Source: a virus
IMG/VR virus record: IMGVR_UViG_3300006094_000039
Location: 5,230-69,229 of that record
Length of the DNA stretch: 64,000 nucleotides
Direction: 5' to 3' (one strand)
Both the position numbers and the translations under genes were made by a program. Below are positions 36,280-46,880 of this stretch, piece by piece. Every line of letters starts with the position of its first letter. The first letter of the stretch is position 1. Under the pieces are notes generated by a model. That model saw only the letters and a list, made by a program, of their open reading frames with translations, made no database searches and was not told where the DNA came from.

Positions 36280-38976
36280 TTAGCCCTCCTGGAATCTGAA
36301 TGTGTTCCTGACGATCTTTTCTAGCTCATACTGGGCTCTGCTCCAGTCAATCAGCTTAGTGACATCCAAATTCCTGAGATCTACTTCTTTTGTGACCTGG
36401 ATGGTAACAGGAGCCTGGACAGTCATGTGAATGGTGATAGGGCCAGCTCCTGCTGAGATCTCTCTATTGTTAATGGCATTCTGGGAGAAGACCTTCTCAG
36501 AGATAGCCTGCTCTATGTCAGCTCTGCCGTTCATGAAATTCAGAGCTGCAGCCAGTAGAGAGCCCAGTTTCCCTGTGCCCTCCACTATTTTGGCTGGAAT
36601 GACCTCTTCCTTCCTGTGAACCTTCAGCTGGCCCTCTTCCACAATTGTGGCACCTATGGCCGCTTCTGGCTTCTCCTCTTCTTTGTCACCCCAGCCTATG
36701 AGATCCTTCCCGTAGTCTACAGCACCTGAGCCCCTCTCTTTGAGATAATTGACTCCCTTTCCACCTAAGTCTGAATAGAAGCCTAAAGGATCATAAGCAG
36801 CATGGGCTGCGATTGTCTCTGAGCCCGTCCTCTCCAGGGTCTCCTTATAAGTCTGGGAAGACTTTTCTACATAGGTCTGGCCAGACTCCTGGACTGCAGC
36901 CTTTCCTTCATCTACAGCATCTGAAGCTGCCTCTTTCACATCAGGCAAAGCTAAGGGTTTTTCAGGCTCAGGAGGCAGGGCACTCTCTGGAATATGGAAG
37001 TCATCCAGCTCATCCATGGGGATCAGGATCTCACCAGAGCCCGTCATGGCCTTTGCCAGCTCAGGGTGCTTCTGGGCAAAATCTATCCATTCCTGACCTG
37101 TCAGCCTGGTTTTTCCACCAGTGGCCGCCTTTATCTGGTCGTAAATGGGAGTGCTCCATTGAGATGAGGGAAGCTCTCTGTAGGCTACTTTTACTGCCTT
37201 CTTGCCATTGATCTCACCCCAGCCAGTAACTCCATACTGCTGCATTTCAGAGGTGATCTGAGACCCCTGATCTCCACCAAGCCCCAGCGTATCCTTGATT
37301 TTGTCATAGACCTCAGTGACCTTCTTCAGGAAATCGTTCCACCAGCCCATAATCCTATCAAACCACCTCATGGCTTCTCTGTAGATGGACTGGGCCTGGG
37401 CAAAGAGGTCAGACAGCCAGCTTGGGATGAGACCTTCTAGGAAGTTCCTGATCCAGGTTCCTATCTCCTGGAGATCTGCCTTATTCCCTCTCAGCCCTCC
37501 TGAAACAGTGCTCCACAGCTTCAGGATAGCTGCAGAGGCTCTCCCGGCAAACTCCTGGAGGAGAGCAAAGCCATCCTGCAGGAGAGTGGTCCTGGTATAG
37601 AGCAGGTAAATGATGGTAGCTATTGCTGCAAGTACTACGATGATAGGAAGTAATGGAGCTATAGCTGCAGCACCTGCAACAGCCATACCACCTAAAGCTG
37701 TAGCAGCTCCACCAAGCAGGCCTATGAGAGTGCCTATAGCACCTCCAAAGGCAGTGGCAGCCCCTGCAGCTCCACTGAGTCCCAGGACCCATGAGAGCGC
37801 TTCCAGGGCTGGAGCCAGAATGAAGATCCAGCTGATCAAAGTGGTTATGGCTGCCACCAGCAGGCCCAGGAAGATCAGGATTTTATCATGGTGAGGCACA
37901 GATTCAATGGTATCGATAACAAGAATTAGGCCATCCACAATCTTAGTGACAGTAGGCCTTAATGAGTCACCTATGCCGGAAAGAAGAGATCCCCATTTGG
38001 ACTGGAGCACATCCAGCTTCTGCTCAAGAGTCGTAGCCTGACCTGTGAAGGACTGGTTTGTCTTTGTCAGCTCCTTCATGACCAGGTTATGCAAGGCCTG
38101 CTTTTTCACTACCTCATCAGTGGCAAAAGCAAATTTCTCATAATTGGCTCTGAGCCTATCCACTTCTCTGCTAAGCTTCTGGTCAGAGATGGCACCAGCA
38201 CTAAAGAGCCTCTCTATAGCCCTGACATTGCCGGTCTTTTCAGCACTGGCAATATCCTTTGCCAACTCTTCAGCGCTGCCCAAACCCAGCCTTTTCAGCA
38301 TAGCAGCCTTTGTAAAGAAATATTTCTCTATTTCCTGGCCATAATTTGAGACCTCTGTGGGATTATATCCCAGCTCAGAGAGGTCAGATGCTATGGCTAA
38401 TCTTTGCTTTTTACTGCTCCAGGCTAGGCCTTTGCTCTTCTCTGCCCACTCCAGGAGAGGAGCTGCATAGGCTTCACCTTTGAGCCCTCTCAGCTCTTCC
38501 ACCAGGGTTTCAGTCTTGGCTGAAGAATAGACTGATATAGCAGCTATTCCCAGGATGGCTCCCTGGATAGCCAGAAGTCTGGTCTTAACGCCATCCAGGT
38601 GGTCTTTTAGGTTGCTGAACTTCTGGCTGGCACCGTCTACATACTGTTGGAGCTTATGGAAATGACCACCGGCCTGATCAGCTGCCTGCCCGGATTCTTT
38701 GGTTTTTTTGCCAGCAGCTTCTGCTTCCTTCCCTTCTTTCTGCTCTGCTCCAGCAGCCTTCTCCAGAGTTTTGCTAACCCTATCACTGGCACTCTGTAGG
38801 CTCTCCAGGGATGACTCAAAAGCTGAAGCCTGGGCTGCAGCCTGCCCAGGGTCCATGTTGACACCTATCTCTATCTCAGTGCCATCCACAGCATCCATCT
38901 TAGTGAGGATGGGGTCCAGGACTCTCGATGCTTTGTCAATTATCTGGAGCAGTATTGTAAGGTCCCTGATAGGCAT
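36280..38976 (-). CDS. Tail tape measure protein
   Basis: N-terminal LQIIDKAS motif, long helical Ala/Gly-rich region with a hydrophobic segment; follows the chaperone genes. Confidence 0.88.
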   Translation of the reverse strand: MPIRDLTILLQIIDKASRVLDPILTKMDAVDGTEIEIGVNMDPGQAAAQASAFESSLESLQSASDRVSKTLEKAAGAEQKEGKEAEAAGKKTKESGQAADQAGGHFHKLQQYVDGASQKFSNLKDHLDGVKTRLLAIQGAILGIAAISVYSSAKTETLVEELRGLKGEAYAAPLLEWAEKSKGLAWSSKKQRLAIASDLSELGYNPTEVSNYGQEIEKYFFTKAAMLKRLGLGSAEELAKDIASAEKTGNVRAIERLFSAGAISDQKLSREVDRLRANYEKFAFATDEVVKKQALHNLVMKELTKTNQSFTGQATTLEQKLDVLQSKWGSLLSGIGDSLRPTVTKIVDGLILVIDTIESVPHHDKILIFLGLLVAAITTLISWIFILAPALEALSWVLGLSGAAGAATAFGGAIGTLIGLLGGAATALGGMAVAGAAAIAPLLPIIVVLAAIATIIYLLYTRTTLLQDGFALLQEFAGRASAAILKLWSTVSGGLRGNKADLQEIGTWIRNFLEGLIPSWLSDLFAQAQSIYREAMRWFDRIMGWWNDFLKKVTEVYDKIKDTLGLGGDQGSQITSEMQQYGVTGWGEINGKKAVKVAYRELPSSQWSTPIYDQIKAATGGKTRLTGQEWIDFAQKHPELAKAMTGSGEILIPMDELDDFHIPESALPPEPEKPLALPDVKEAASDAVDEGKAAVQESGQTYVEKSSQTYKETLERTGSETIAAHAAYDPLGFYSDLGGKGVNYLKERGSGAVDYGKDLIGWGDKEEEKPEAAIGATIVEEGQLKVHRKEEVIPAKIVEGTGKLGSLLAAALNFMNGRADIEQAISEKVFSQNAINNREISAGAGPITIHMTVQAPVTIQVTKEVDLRNLDVTKLIDWSRAQYELEKIVRNTFRFQEG

Positions 38977-38977
38977 T

Positions 38978-39229
38978 TCAGACCATTCCTCTCTGTCTCT
39001 TCCTCATGGCCACATATTCCTGGGCAGTCATTGTGACCCTCTTTACATCACCAGTCTCAGGAGCACTCATGGGCTGCACAGGTCCTGGACCGCCCTTCCC
39101 TTTCCCTCCTAAAGCTCCCGAGACCATCTCTAGCTTCTTCAGGAGTGTCAAATTGATGAAAGCCACCTGGAGAGAGGTGAGATCCTGGACCTCAGATCTG
39201 AACCTGTAGCCACTCTCCTGCAGGGCCAT
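38978..39229 (-). CDS. Tail assembly chaperone, downstream (T-like) frame
   Basis: Between chaperone G and the tape measure gene, in the -1 frame. Confidence 0.6.
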   Translation of the reverse strand: MALQESGYRFRSEVQDLTSLQVAFINLTLLKKLEMVSGALGGKGKGGPGPVQPMSAPETGDVKRVTMTAQEYVAMRKRQRGMV

Positions 39230-39234
39230 GAGGC

Positions 39235-39726
39235 TCAGTCCTGCTGGGCTTTCTGAAAAGATTTCAGACCCTCCATAGAGCCCACAGATAGCTCCAGGAT
39301 GGCCACACCAATCTCCACACTTGATAGGCCCTTATAAAGCTTCATTCTGGAGGCCATCTCTGCCTCTACCTTCTGGATCTCCTCGGGCTTCGTGGCAGCC
39401 CTGACCTCAGGCAAATCGATCCTGGGCAGGTCATCCCAGACTACAGCCATCTGGCAGGCCCTCTCCAGGAGCTTTGTAGCCTTGATGAGGACTCTCAGAT
39501 CCTTCTTCTGTAGGACCTCTTTGTTCAGAAGATCGGCACAGCCGTTCTTTTCAGCAATATCGAGAAGCTCATAAAGCTCTACATCTCTTAGAGGTCTGAC
39601 TTTGACAGTGGCCTGGTAAGCTTCCAGCACCACTACTTCAGTATAATCAATGCCCTTGATCAGCAGCTCCTTAGTGAGAGGAGGATAATTCTTAACTTCT
39701 TCAGCTTTAACTTCCATAAATGTCAC
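39235..39726 (-). CDS. Tail assembly chaperone (G-like)
   Basis: Position after the tail tube gene; VKVRPL motif. Confidence 0.65.
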   Translation of the reverse strand: MTFMEVKAEEVKNYPPLTKELLIKGIDYTEVVVLEAYQATVKVRPLRDVELYELLDIAEKNGCADLLNKEVLQKKDLRVLIKATKLLERACQMAVVWDDLPRIDLPEVRAATKPEEIQKVEAEMASRMKLYKGLSSVEIGVAILELSVGSMEGLKSFQKAQQD

Positions 39727-39752
39727 TCCCCAAAATAGCGAGAGATTCCAGC

Positions 39753-40256
39753 CTAAGCCGGAATCCTCCTCATAGCCATGAAGGGATAGTTCCTTATGAC
39801 CGTATTTCCAGGCTCTCCTATATCGATTCCATCACCAGTCAGCATGCATCCATCGTAAATCTCGATGGGCATCCTGGCCACTTTGTCAGTGGGATTGTTA
39901 GGATCAGCCAGCTCCTCCACTGCCCTGGGCCTATCATGAATCTCCAGCCTGAAGTATCTGGGTAGACCCTCATCATCCTGTTTTGTCAGGGCTTTCACTA
40001 AGGCCTCTTTATCAGCCTTAGAGACCCATGTGCCCACTCCAAAGGCTCCCTGGAAAGCAATTTTTCCTGGAGTTAGCTGATAAGGAAGGTGAGATCCAGT
40101 GCCGTACTCGCCCTTCACCTCCACCGTCTTATCCACCTTCAGACTCTTGGCTGGATACTCCAGCTCCTGGCCGCCAGCATTGACACAAATGATGATATCG
40201 CCAGGGTCCTGGGCCAGGATTTCGTAAGATTCCCAGACTGCTTTAGTAACTGCCAT
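39753..40256 (-). CDS. Tail tube protein
   Basis: 167 aa directly after the sheath gene; beta-rich. Confidence 0.75.
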   Translation of the reverse strand: MAVTKAVWESYEILAQDPGDIIICVNAGGQELEYPAKSLKVDKTVEVKGEYGTGSHLPYQLTPGKIAFQGAFGVGTWVSKADKEALVKALTKQDDEGLPRYFRLEIHDRPRAVEELADPNNPTDKVARMPIEIYDGCMLTGDGIDIGEPGNTVIRNYPFMAMRRIPA

Positions 40257-40267
40257 GTTTCATCACC

Positions 40268-41926
40268 TTATGCAGCAAAACCCACGTAATTTGACATGAT
40301 GCCCACCTGCATGAGCACATGGAATCTCTCTATGTGTCCTATGCACTGCAGCTGGAGGTCAATATCCACTCTGGCTAAATCGTTAGCAGGGGCCTTGACT
40401 TCCACTGCATAGCCCTCTATGTTTCCTATCTCCTTCTCCTCTTCCAGGATTCCTACAATTGAGGCCTTGAGAGAGCTAAGCACCCTGCTGCTTCTTCTCC
40501 TGTGGTAATACTGGTCAGTGATGTACTTCACAGCTAGGATAATGTAATTGATAGTCCTGTTATCAACAGTCCTGGCAAATTGCCATTCTGTTGAAGTGGT
40601 GACACCCAGGTAAGGCCTGATTCCTCTGGGAGCACCTACAGCACCCTTCATGATGCAAATGTCCACACCAGCTCTGGTGAGGTGATCCACTTCAGTATCC
40701 TTGAAAATCTTCAGCAGGCCGTCAATTCCGTTCATGCTATTGCCTGCATAGGCAGCAGACTCACCCCTGGCCAAAGCCGCCTCCTTAGCAGCTCTGGCCA
40801 CAGCCAGGTTCTTAGGAGTGGCTGAGCAGTCCCAGGAATTGCCACAGATGACAAAGTGCCTGTTATTGTATCCTGCAGCCTGGTTCTCCAGGACATCCTT
40901 ATCCTCCATAGCTTTGGTTGGCACAAACACCATGCAGGGCTTCAGCTGCTTTGCCATGTTAGTGGCCCAGCCTTCAGCTACAGGGTGGAGGTCATAAGTG
41001 CCAGCAGAGACCTCATAAGAACAGAGAGCAACAGTTGTGGGAGTAATCTCTTCACCCAAAGCATCCAGGGCATTCAGGTGGTCAGTTGTAGTGATAGCTG
41101 TGCCATCAGAGCCGTCAGTCAGGGCAGCAGGAGTGTATGTCTTAGGCAGATGAGTCTGACCAGCCTCAGGGACCAGCTCACAGATGAGAGACTGATCCAG
41201 CTGAGACTGCATATCAACCAGAGACCTGATATTATCCCAGTCTTCCTGGATGCCGTTCTCATCTTTTAGAATGAGCCTCCTGGTGTTATACAGAAGAGAG
41301 CAGACTATGAGATCAGCAGCCGTGGGAGCTTCACCGACATAGAAGGTAATCTCACCCGTTATCTTATCCACAAAGACCTTACCAGCTGCCAGGTCACCCT
41401 GGGCATAGACTATCTGCTTTGTAGTGCTACCCACCTTGATGCTATTCTTGGTGTCCTCTACAATGTCCCAGACATCCAGCTTATAGGGGCCTACTGTGCC
41501 ATCTCCAGCAAACCTCTCCACATCAGTGGCTTTGTTGGTGCCAGTCCTGAGTTCATAGACTGTAGAGTTTCCAGCTATGCCCTCACCCCTAAACTTGAGG
41601 GTGGCTACCTTTACCCCAGGAGTCTGGCCGTCATTTAGGTCTGCAGAGGCAGCTACAGCATCAGCAGGGCCAACTCTTACACAATAGACAGTGCCAGCAC
41701 CCTGAGCAAAAGCCACACCTGCAGCTTCATAAAGCTCTCCAGCACCATAGAGCCTCCTGGCATAGGCAGGGTCTTTCATTCCCACTGCCAGGCCTACAGG
41801 CCCCTTCAGAGCAGTGCCTACTATGCCCACAATGTTAGTGCCCAGGACTACCTGGACCGGACCCATAGGCTCTAGCTGGAGGGTGATCCCCACTATGGAG
41901 TTAGGAGTGCCATATAAATTTGACAT
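40268..41926 (-). CDS. Contractile tail sheath protein
   Basis: VGIVGTALKGPVG, G..VYCVRV, LT.GSDG, C-terminal RTVDNRTINYI. Confidence 0.9.
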   Translation of the reverse strand: MSNLYGTPNSIVGITLQLEPMGPVQVVLGTNIVGIVGTALKGPVGLAVGMKDPAYARRLYGAGELYEAAGVAFAQGAGTVYCVRVGPADAVAASADLNDGQTPGVKVATLKFRGEGIAGNSTVYELRTGTNKATDVERFAGDGTVGPYKLDVWDIVEDTKNSIKVGSTTKQIVYAQGDLAAGKVFVDKITGEITFYVGEAPTAADLIVCSLLYNTRRLILKDENGIQEDWDNIRSLVDMQSQLDQSLICELVPEAGQTHLPKTYTPAALTDGSDGTAITTTDHLNALDALGEEITPTTVALCSYEVSAGTYDLHPVAEGWATNMAKQLKPCMVFVPTKAMEDKDVLENQAAGYNNRHFVICGNSWDCSATPKNLAVARAAKEAALARGESAAYAGNSMNGIDGLLKIFKDTEVDHLTRAGVDICIMKGAVGAPRGIRPYLGVTTSTEWQFARTVDNRTINYIILAVKYITDQYYHRRRSSRVLSSLKASIVGILEEEKEIGNIEGYAVEVKAPANDLARVDIDLQLQCIGHIERFHVLMQVGIMSNYVGFAA

Positions 41927-41939
41927 ATTATCTCCTTAT

Positions 41940-42134
41940 TTAATCTGAGCTTCCAGATCTGGTATTTTCATCATCTTCAGGATCAGGATAGGTTACAACA
42001 GAAACCGGCTTCTTTGGAATGGTAATATACATATTTCTATCTTTGAATCCCTTTTTAGCCCATTCCTGAGCCTCTATTTCTGTCATATTGCCTCTAGCAA
42101 TATGGTCTTTTATTCTCGCCCTTTCTCCAGTCAT
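41940..42134 (-). CDS. Small hypothetical protein
   Basis: In the structural operon with an RBS. Confidence 0.45.
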   Translation of the reverse strand: MTGERARIKDHIARGNMTEIEAQEWAKKGFKDRNMYITIPKKPVSVVTYPDPEDDENTRSGSSD

Positions 42135-42145
42135 TCTGAATCCCC

Positions 42146-42745
42146 TTATCTCCTTATAAGATTTAATGAGGCTCCATAACTTCCAGGAGCATATATTTGA
42201 GCTTTAAATGCAATTTTATCATTAGAATTGATCCCATAATTAAAGCTTTGGATCGATGGCGTGTTATCTAGCCATAAAAACTCATATTCAATCCATAAAT
42301 CTGTAGATAACCTGTATAAAGGCTTATTTGATCTAGAATCCTTTCCTTCCGAGTGTTCTTGAGGATTAAAGACCTCTGCCAGTCTCATCCTGTCGTTAGA
42401 CCAGACCAGATCCAGCTCCCTGGAATCCAGATAAAGCTGGAGATCAGACATCATTTCTCTGACCTGGTTCAGATCATAACCATCGATGAAAAGAGTGAGA
42501 GTATCTCTCTTAATGGAGCCTAGATATCTATCATCATAGCCGTTCTCGGGATGATAGATGAACCTCCTTTGATCTGCTTTTCCGCTGACCTTAGTGCCAT
42601 CAGAGAGAACTCCCATCAGGAGCCTGGGAGGGTCAGGCATTTTCATCTGCTGCTTAATTCTGGCCTTATTGACTGCCACTCCAGCCAGGCTTGAGGGCAG
42701 CCTTCTCTCTATCAGGTCCAGCTGAGCATTTCTCATCAGGATCAC
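42146..42745 (-). CDS. Tail terminator/completion protein
   Basis: Position before the sheath gene; size and beta-pattern. Confidence 0.55.
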   Translation of the reverse strand: MILMRNAQLDLIERRLPSSLAGVAVNKARIKQQMKMPDPPRLLMGVLSDGTKVSGKADQRRFIYHPENGYDDRYLGSIKRDTLTLFIDGYDLNQVREMMSDLQLYLDSRELDLVWSNDRMRLAEVFNPQEHSEGKDSRSNKPLYRLSTDLWIEYEFLWLDNTPSIQSFNYGINSNDKIAFKAQIYAPGSYGASLNLIRR

Positions 42746-43125
42746 CTGATGCTGGAAAAGACAGGGATGGTCTTCACCTGGCCAGAGATCCTGTCAATGA
42801 TCATCTGGAATCTTCTTTCTAGAGCAGCCACTTTCTCCCTGGTGTCCCTCTCCCAGGCTTTCTGCAGAATAGGGTTCCAGTTAGCATTTTGGTCAAAGCT
42901 GCCTATAGCTTCGTGGTGAATCCTGTCAGAGTAGGACTGGAAAGACCAGAGAGCAGCCAGATTCTTAATGGCCAGCTCCAACATGTCAGAGGGAGCTGCA
43001 GGGTTTGCCACTCCATTAACAAATACAGTGGCCTCTCCTATGGCTTCTTCAATGACAGCATCAGAAAGCTCCTCTGCTTCTGGGATGTCAATAATATTTC
43101 TAATAGTTGTGCTATCTACCGTCAT
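42742..43125 (-). CDS. Head-tail adaptor protein
   Basis: Helical; LSDAVIEEAI.EA..FV pattern. Confidence 0.55.
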   Translation of the reverse strand: MTVDSTTIRNIIDIPEAEELSDAVIEEAIGEATVFVNGVANPAAPSDMLELAIKNLAALWSFQSYSDRIHHEAIGSFDQNANWNPILQKAWERDTREKVAALERRFQMIIDRISGQVKTIPVFSSIR

Positions 43126-43730
43126 GCAGCCTCAACGCTCTCCCCTAAATCTCCCAGTCTTCTCCTGCAGAGCAGAGGTGCTGTGATATCCCAGTACTGT
43201 GGAGTGTTAATCTCCAAATCTCTCATCATTTCGTCAAAATAGCTCCGCCTGATGACGATATTCATTCCATAAGGCGATTCTCTGATCTTCTTAATCGTTA
43301 TATTGCCAAAATATACCGCCTGGAATGGGTATCTCACCCTAAGGCTAGCCTGATAATGAGCACTCTGCTTAAGCTTCAGGACTATATCTGCAGGATATTC
43401 CTGGTCGAAGTTCTTTTTAATGTAAGTATGCCCAAAGAAAGGCAGGTCTTTAGCTTTCCTGATCTTCAATCCTGCCTGATATGGTTTTGAAAGCTTCTTG
43501 GACTGGATGATATCCATCTGGTAGGTCTTATCAGGCATCGTTTTGACCAGCAGCTTTGCCTGATAGGTCTTTGAATGCCTTCCCTGCAGGAGTAAGTCAG
43601 CGTCACAGCTAAGTGCCATCTGATATTTTTGAGGAATGTCCAGCCAGTATCCGCAGTTATGACAGGCTGGACCTACCCAGATTCTGTTTGGGTACTTATA
43701 TTCAATGACCGGCTCAACCATTTCAGTCAT
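43122..43730 (-). CDS. Virion protein with about 9 copies of a 14-aa Y-x-x-D-L-x-x-K-K repeat
   Basis: KTYQAKLLVKTMPD / KTYQMDIIQSKKLS / QEYPADIVLKLKQS. Confidence 0.7.
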   Translation of the reverse strand: MTEMVEPVIEYKYPNRIWVGPACHNCGYWLDIPQKYQMALSCDADLLLQGRHSKTYQAKLLVKTMPDKTYQMDIIQSKKLSKPYQAGLKIRKAKDLPFFGHTYIKKNFDQEYPADIVLKLKQSAHYQASLRVRYPFQAVYFGNITIKKIRESPYGMNIVIRRSYFDEMMRDLEINTPQYWDITAPLLCRRRLGDLGESVEAA

Positions 43731-44688
43731 CTCCTGGAGGCACTAAAGAGATCCGGCTGGCATCGATGTCGGTCCAGTCTTTGCCATCGTTTCTGGAATA
43801 TTTTAATGAGATCTCCTGTCTGTTCTCTGCAGTGTTTATCCTGGTCTGGGCAGAGAAGACCAGTGAATCCCACTCATCTGAACCGGGCTTGAGCACTGCT
43901 GCATAAGATACTGGCCTGTCTGAGGGAGCATAGTACTGGTCGTATCTGGCTGTCCAGCTCTGGCCGCCGTTAGATGTGAAGAAGTGTCTGACTATGCCAG
44001 AGCTTGGAATCAAAACCCTGACCAGATAGCTGTTTCCCTCTGGAGTCCAGTCTCTATCATCAGTGTGAATGATGCCCAGAATCTTCCAGCCAGGCCATCT
44101 GGCCAGGACCTCAAAGGAGCCTCCCTGGTTATCTGTCTTATAGAGTGTATCTCCAGCACCTACCACAGCCCTCAGGTAATTGCCAGCCAGAGCTGGAGGA
44201 TGCTCTCCCGTAAGTGTCAGGACTATGGACCAGTTCAGGCCCATGTTAGTGGACAGCCAGATCCTGGTGCCATCATGGGCCAGGAGAGTTGTCACCCCTA
44301 TCCTGATTGTCTCCCTGCAGCCAGGGGCATCAGTGCTTTTCACATGATAGGTAGTGCCAGAATCAGTGCTCTCCAGCCAGCCATCCTCAGTAGAGACCAG
44401 GACCCAGCCGAAGTCCACAAAGAACAGATCGTAAATCTTTGAGGGGGTGTTATAGACATCAGCCCAGGTCCTGCCCTGGTCAATGCTCTGGTATATGGAA
44501 TAAGAGCCGTCCTTCATCAGACAGAGGGCCAGGTGAATGTGTCCATAGGTCCAAATGCTGGAAAGCACTCTCTCGATGTTTCCGGGCAGGGGATGGCTAA
44601 ACCACCATTCTCTGAAATTGGTAACGTCAAAGGTACCTATGAATTGCACTCCATCAGGAGGAAGCATCAGCACCATTGGTCTGGGCAT
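43723..44688 (-). CDS. BNR/Asp-box beta-propeller protein (possible receptor binding)
   Basis: Six Asp-box-like repeats: SIDQGRTW, STDSGTTY, STNMGLNW, TDNQGGSF, TSNGGQSW, SRNDGKDW. Confidence 0.8.
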   Translation of the reverse strand: MPRPMVLMLPPDGVQFIGTFDVTNFREWWFSHPLPGNIERVLSSIWTYGHIHLALCLMKDGSYSIYQSIDQGRTWADVYNTPSKIYDLFFVDFGWVLVSTEDGWLESTDSGTTYHVKSTDAPGCRETIRIGVTTLLAHDGTRIWLSTNMGLNWSIVLTLTGEHPPALAGNYLRAVVGAGDTLYKTDNQGGSFEVLARWPGWKILGIIHTDDRDWTPEGNSYLVRVLIPSSGIVRHFFTSNGGQSWTARYDQYYAPSDRPVSYAAVLKPGSDEWDSLVFSAQTRINTAENRQEISLKYSRNDGKDWTDIDASRISLVPPGDD

Positions 44689-46880
44689 TAAATGCTCACC
44701 ACCTTGATGTCTATGCCATAACCTGCAGACTGGACTGCCTTCAAGGTGGAATTAACAGAATAGAAGAGCCTCCTGGTCTTTTTGGCCAGGAGATCCATTG
44801 CATAAGCCTTAGAGATGTTCCTCTTCTGCAGGACCATGCTGATATCATAATTCAAGCTCCGCAGCTTTCTTAGAAGCATGTCTATCTCAAAGTCCATGCC
44901 TTGAGACTTCAGTAGCAACAGGTCCATCTGATAGGGCTTATCTGGAGAAGCCAGCAGTGTCAGGTTAGCATAGTATGGTTTATCTGTAATTTTCTTTTGC
45001 AGAAGATCCATCTCATAGTCTGAAGCCTGCTGCAGGACTATCCTGGTCCTCATGGTCCAGCTGCTATCCAAATTCAGCTTCTTTAGCAGCATGTCCATAT
45101 CATAGTGGGCAAAGATTGGACCTATGAGGGCCAATCCCATCTGGTAGTCAATGAACGGATGGTAAATGGTGTATTCAATGCCTGCAGCCAGCATCTTTGG
45201 AACTAACCTGTTAACCAGATCGTCCAGCTCTTTGCCTCTTCTGCAGGCCTCATCCGTAGTCCAGTAGATTCTGACCTTTCCAGGCTTACCCTGAACTATA
45301 TTTGCAGAATCAGGATGATCTACCAGGAAGCTGAGGACCTCCTCACAGTTTGCCTTAGTGCCACAGCCGGTCAGAATCTTTGTGGCAGCCTGGAGCCTCT
45401 TCCTGTAGTGATCATCAGACTCATCTATCAGCCTTGGGAGGTCCAGGACTTTGCCCCATCTGTTATCCAGCTCCACATTCCTGGCGTATTCAATTCTGTT
45501 AGCCAGGACCATGTTATCCATTCTCATGGAGACCTTGTTCAGCTGGTCGATCCAGGAATGATAGAGAGTGTTAATCACAGTATCATTAGGTCCATAAGGC
45601 CTGACCAGCCTGAGAGTCATGCCATAGGCTGCAGCATTGTAAGTCAGGGATATGCCCATCTTATACTGAGCCCAGAACCTGCCCAGCAGTGTGCTGTCTA
45701 TGTCAAAAGAGGTCTCATAGACCTGTTTTAGCAGCACGCTGGTGTCATAGCCCAGGGCCTGAACCTTTTTGATCACAATATCTGGGGTATAGATAGCAGC
45801 ATTAGCCGCTCTCATCCTGATGCTGGCTCCATAGGCCTTATCCTGGACCCTCTTTGTCACCATGCCCAGCGAGTAGGTTTTATCCTGAACGTTGATGTGG
45901 AGCAGCGTATTCTTCAGCCTGTAAGGCACCAAATAGACATACTCGGGCTCATGGTTTGCAGAAGTTAGTGCAAAGCTGAAAGTGTGGCTATGTGGATTTA
46001 CAGCTCCCTGGACATCCAGACCTCCAAATGGAGAGATAGTGCCAGGATTATAGCTGGAGGAGGTCCCTGTGATGCTGATATGGTCGTGAGTAGATGTGCC
46101 ATAGACAGTGGGATTCTCATCATTAGAGCACAGGAAGCAGTCATTAAATGTGCTGGTGGCAGCTTCCCAGTTGGATGAAGGAGTCCCATCAAAGAAGAGG
46201 ATCGTCCCTTCCACTGCCCTGTCAGTGGCAAAGTCCACCTGATAGAGCCTGGTCTTTACATGCCTGGGCCAGATTGACTTAGCTGCAGTGGTAACTGAAA
46301 AGGTGTGAGTGTGAGCTAAATATTTAGTCACGGTCCTCATGTTAGGAGTAACTACTCCTGTGGATGAGCCGCCACTGGGCAGAGTGCCTGAGACAGTATG
46401 AGTATGCTCATCCCTGCCGCCGGTAGAGCCTGCAGTGCCCAGCTTAATCAGCCTGTTATCTGCAGCAGTGAACCTGGATATGCTGCTCCAGCCAGTGATT
46501 GTAGCCTGAGATAAGATCACTGCTCCCTGGGGAAGAGTCCTGTCAGTAGTCTCCCAGCTATCGTAGTCAGCATAAATTAGCTCCAAAGTGTAATAGCTGG
46601 GATCATTGTTTGCACTGCTCACATTGACAGATGAGGGAGCGGAATGAGTGTGAGGGGTCATCATCTGGCTGCTGCCAGAGGTGACCACATCTCCACCAGC
46701 TCCACATGTACTGATAGACCAGTTAGTGGACCCAGGGTGAATGTGGTTGCTGGCACCGCCAGTCACACCATAATTCCCAATGTTATTGCTGAGCTTTACG
46801 TAACTTCCATCCCAGTAGGTCTTTTTTGCCCAAGGAGCTGGAGGAGTGCCGCCCTTCCAAAAGCAATAAACATTGCTCAT
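44688..46880 (-). CDS. Fibre-like N-terminus, 14-aa repeats and baseplate wedge (gpI/DUF2313-like) fusion
   Basis: HxH units; LDNRWGKVLDLPRLIDESDDHYRKRL wedge motif flanked by repeats. Confidence 0.75.
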   Translation of the reverse strand: MSNVYCFWKGGTPPAPWAKKTYWDGSYVKLSNNIGNYGVTGGASNHIHPGSTNWSISTCGAGGDVVTSGSSQMMTPHTHSAPSSVNVSSANNDPSYYTLELIYADYDSWETTDRTLPQGAVILSQATITGWSSISRFTAADNRLIKLGTAGSTGGRDEHTHTVSGTLPSGGSSTGVVTPNMRTVTKYLAHTHTFSVTTAAKSIWPRHVKTRLYQVDFATDRAVEGTILFFDGTPSSNWEAATSTFNDCFLCSNDENPTVYGTSTHDHISITGTSSSYNPGTISPFGGLDVQGAVNPHSHTFSFALTSANHEPEYVYLVPYRLKNTLLHINVQDKTYSLGMVTKRVQDKAYGASIRMRAANAAIYTPDIVIKKVQALGYDTSVLLKQVYETSFDIDSTLLGRFWAQYKMGISLTYNAAAYGMTLRLVRPYGPNDTVINTLYHSWIDQLNKVSMRMDNMVLANRIEYARNVELDNRWGKVLDLPRLIDESDDHYRKRLQAATKILTGCGTKANCEEVLSFLVDHPDSANIVQGKPGKVRIYWTTDEACRRGKELDDLVNRLVPKMLAAGIEYTIYHPFIDYQMGLALIGPIFAHYDMDMLLKKLNLDSSWTMRTRIVLQQASDYEMDLLQKKITDKPYYANLTLLASPDKPYQMDLLLLKSQGMDFEIDMLLRKLRSLNYDISMVLQKRNISKAYAMDLLAKKTRRLFYSVNSTLKAVQSAGYGIDIKVVSI

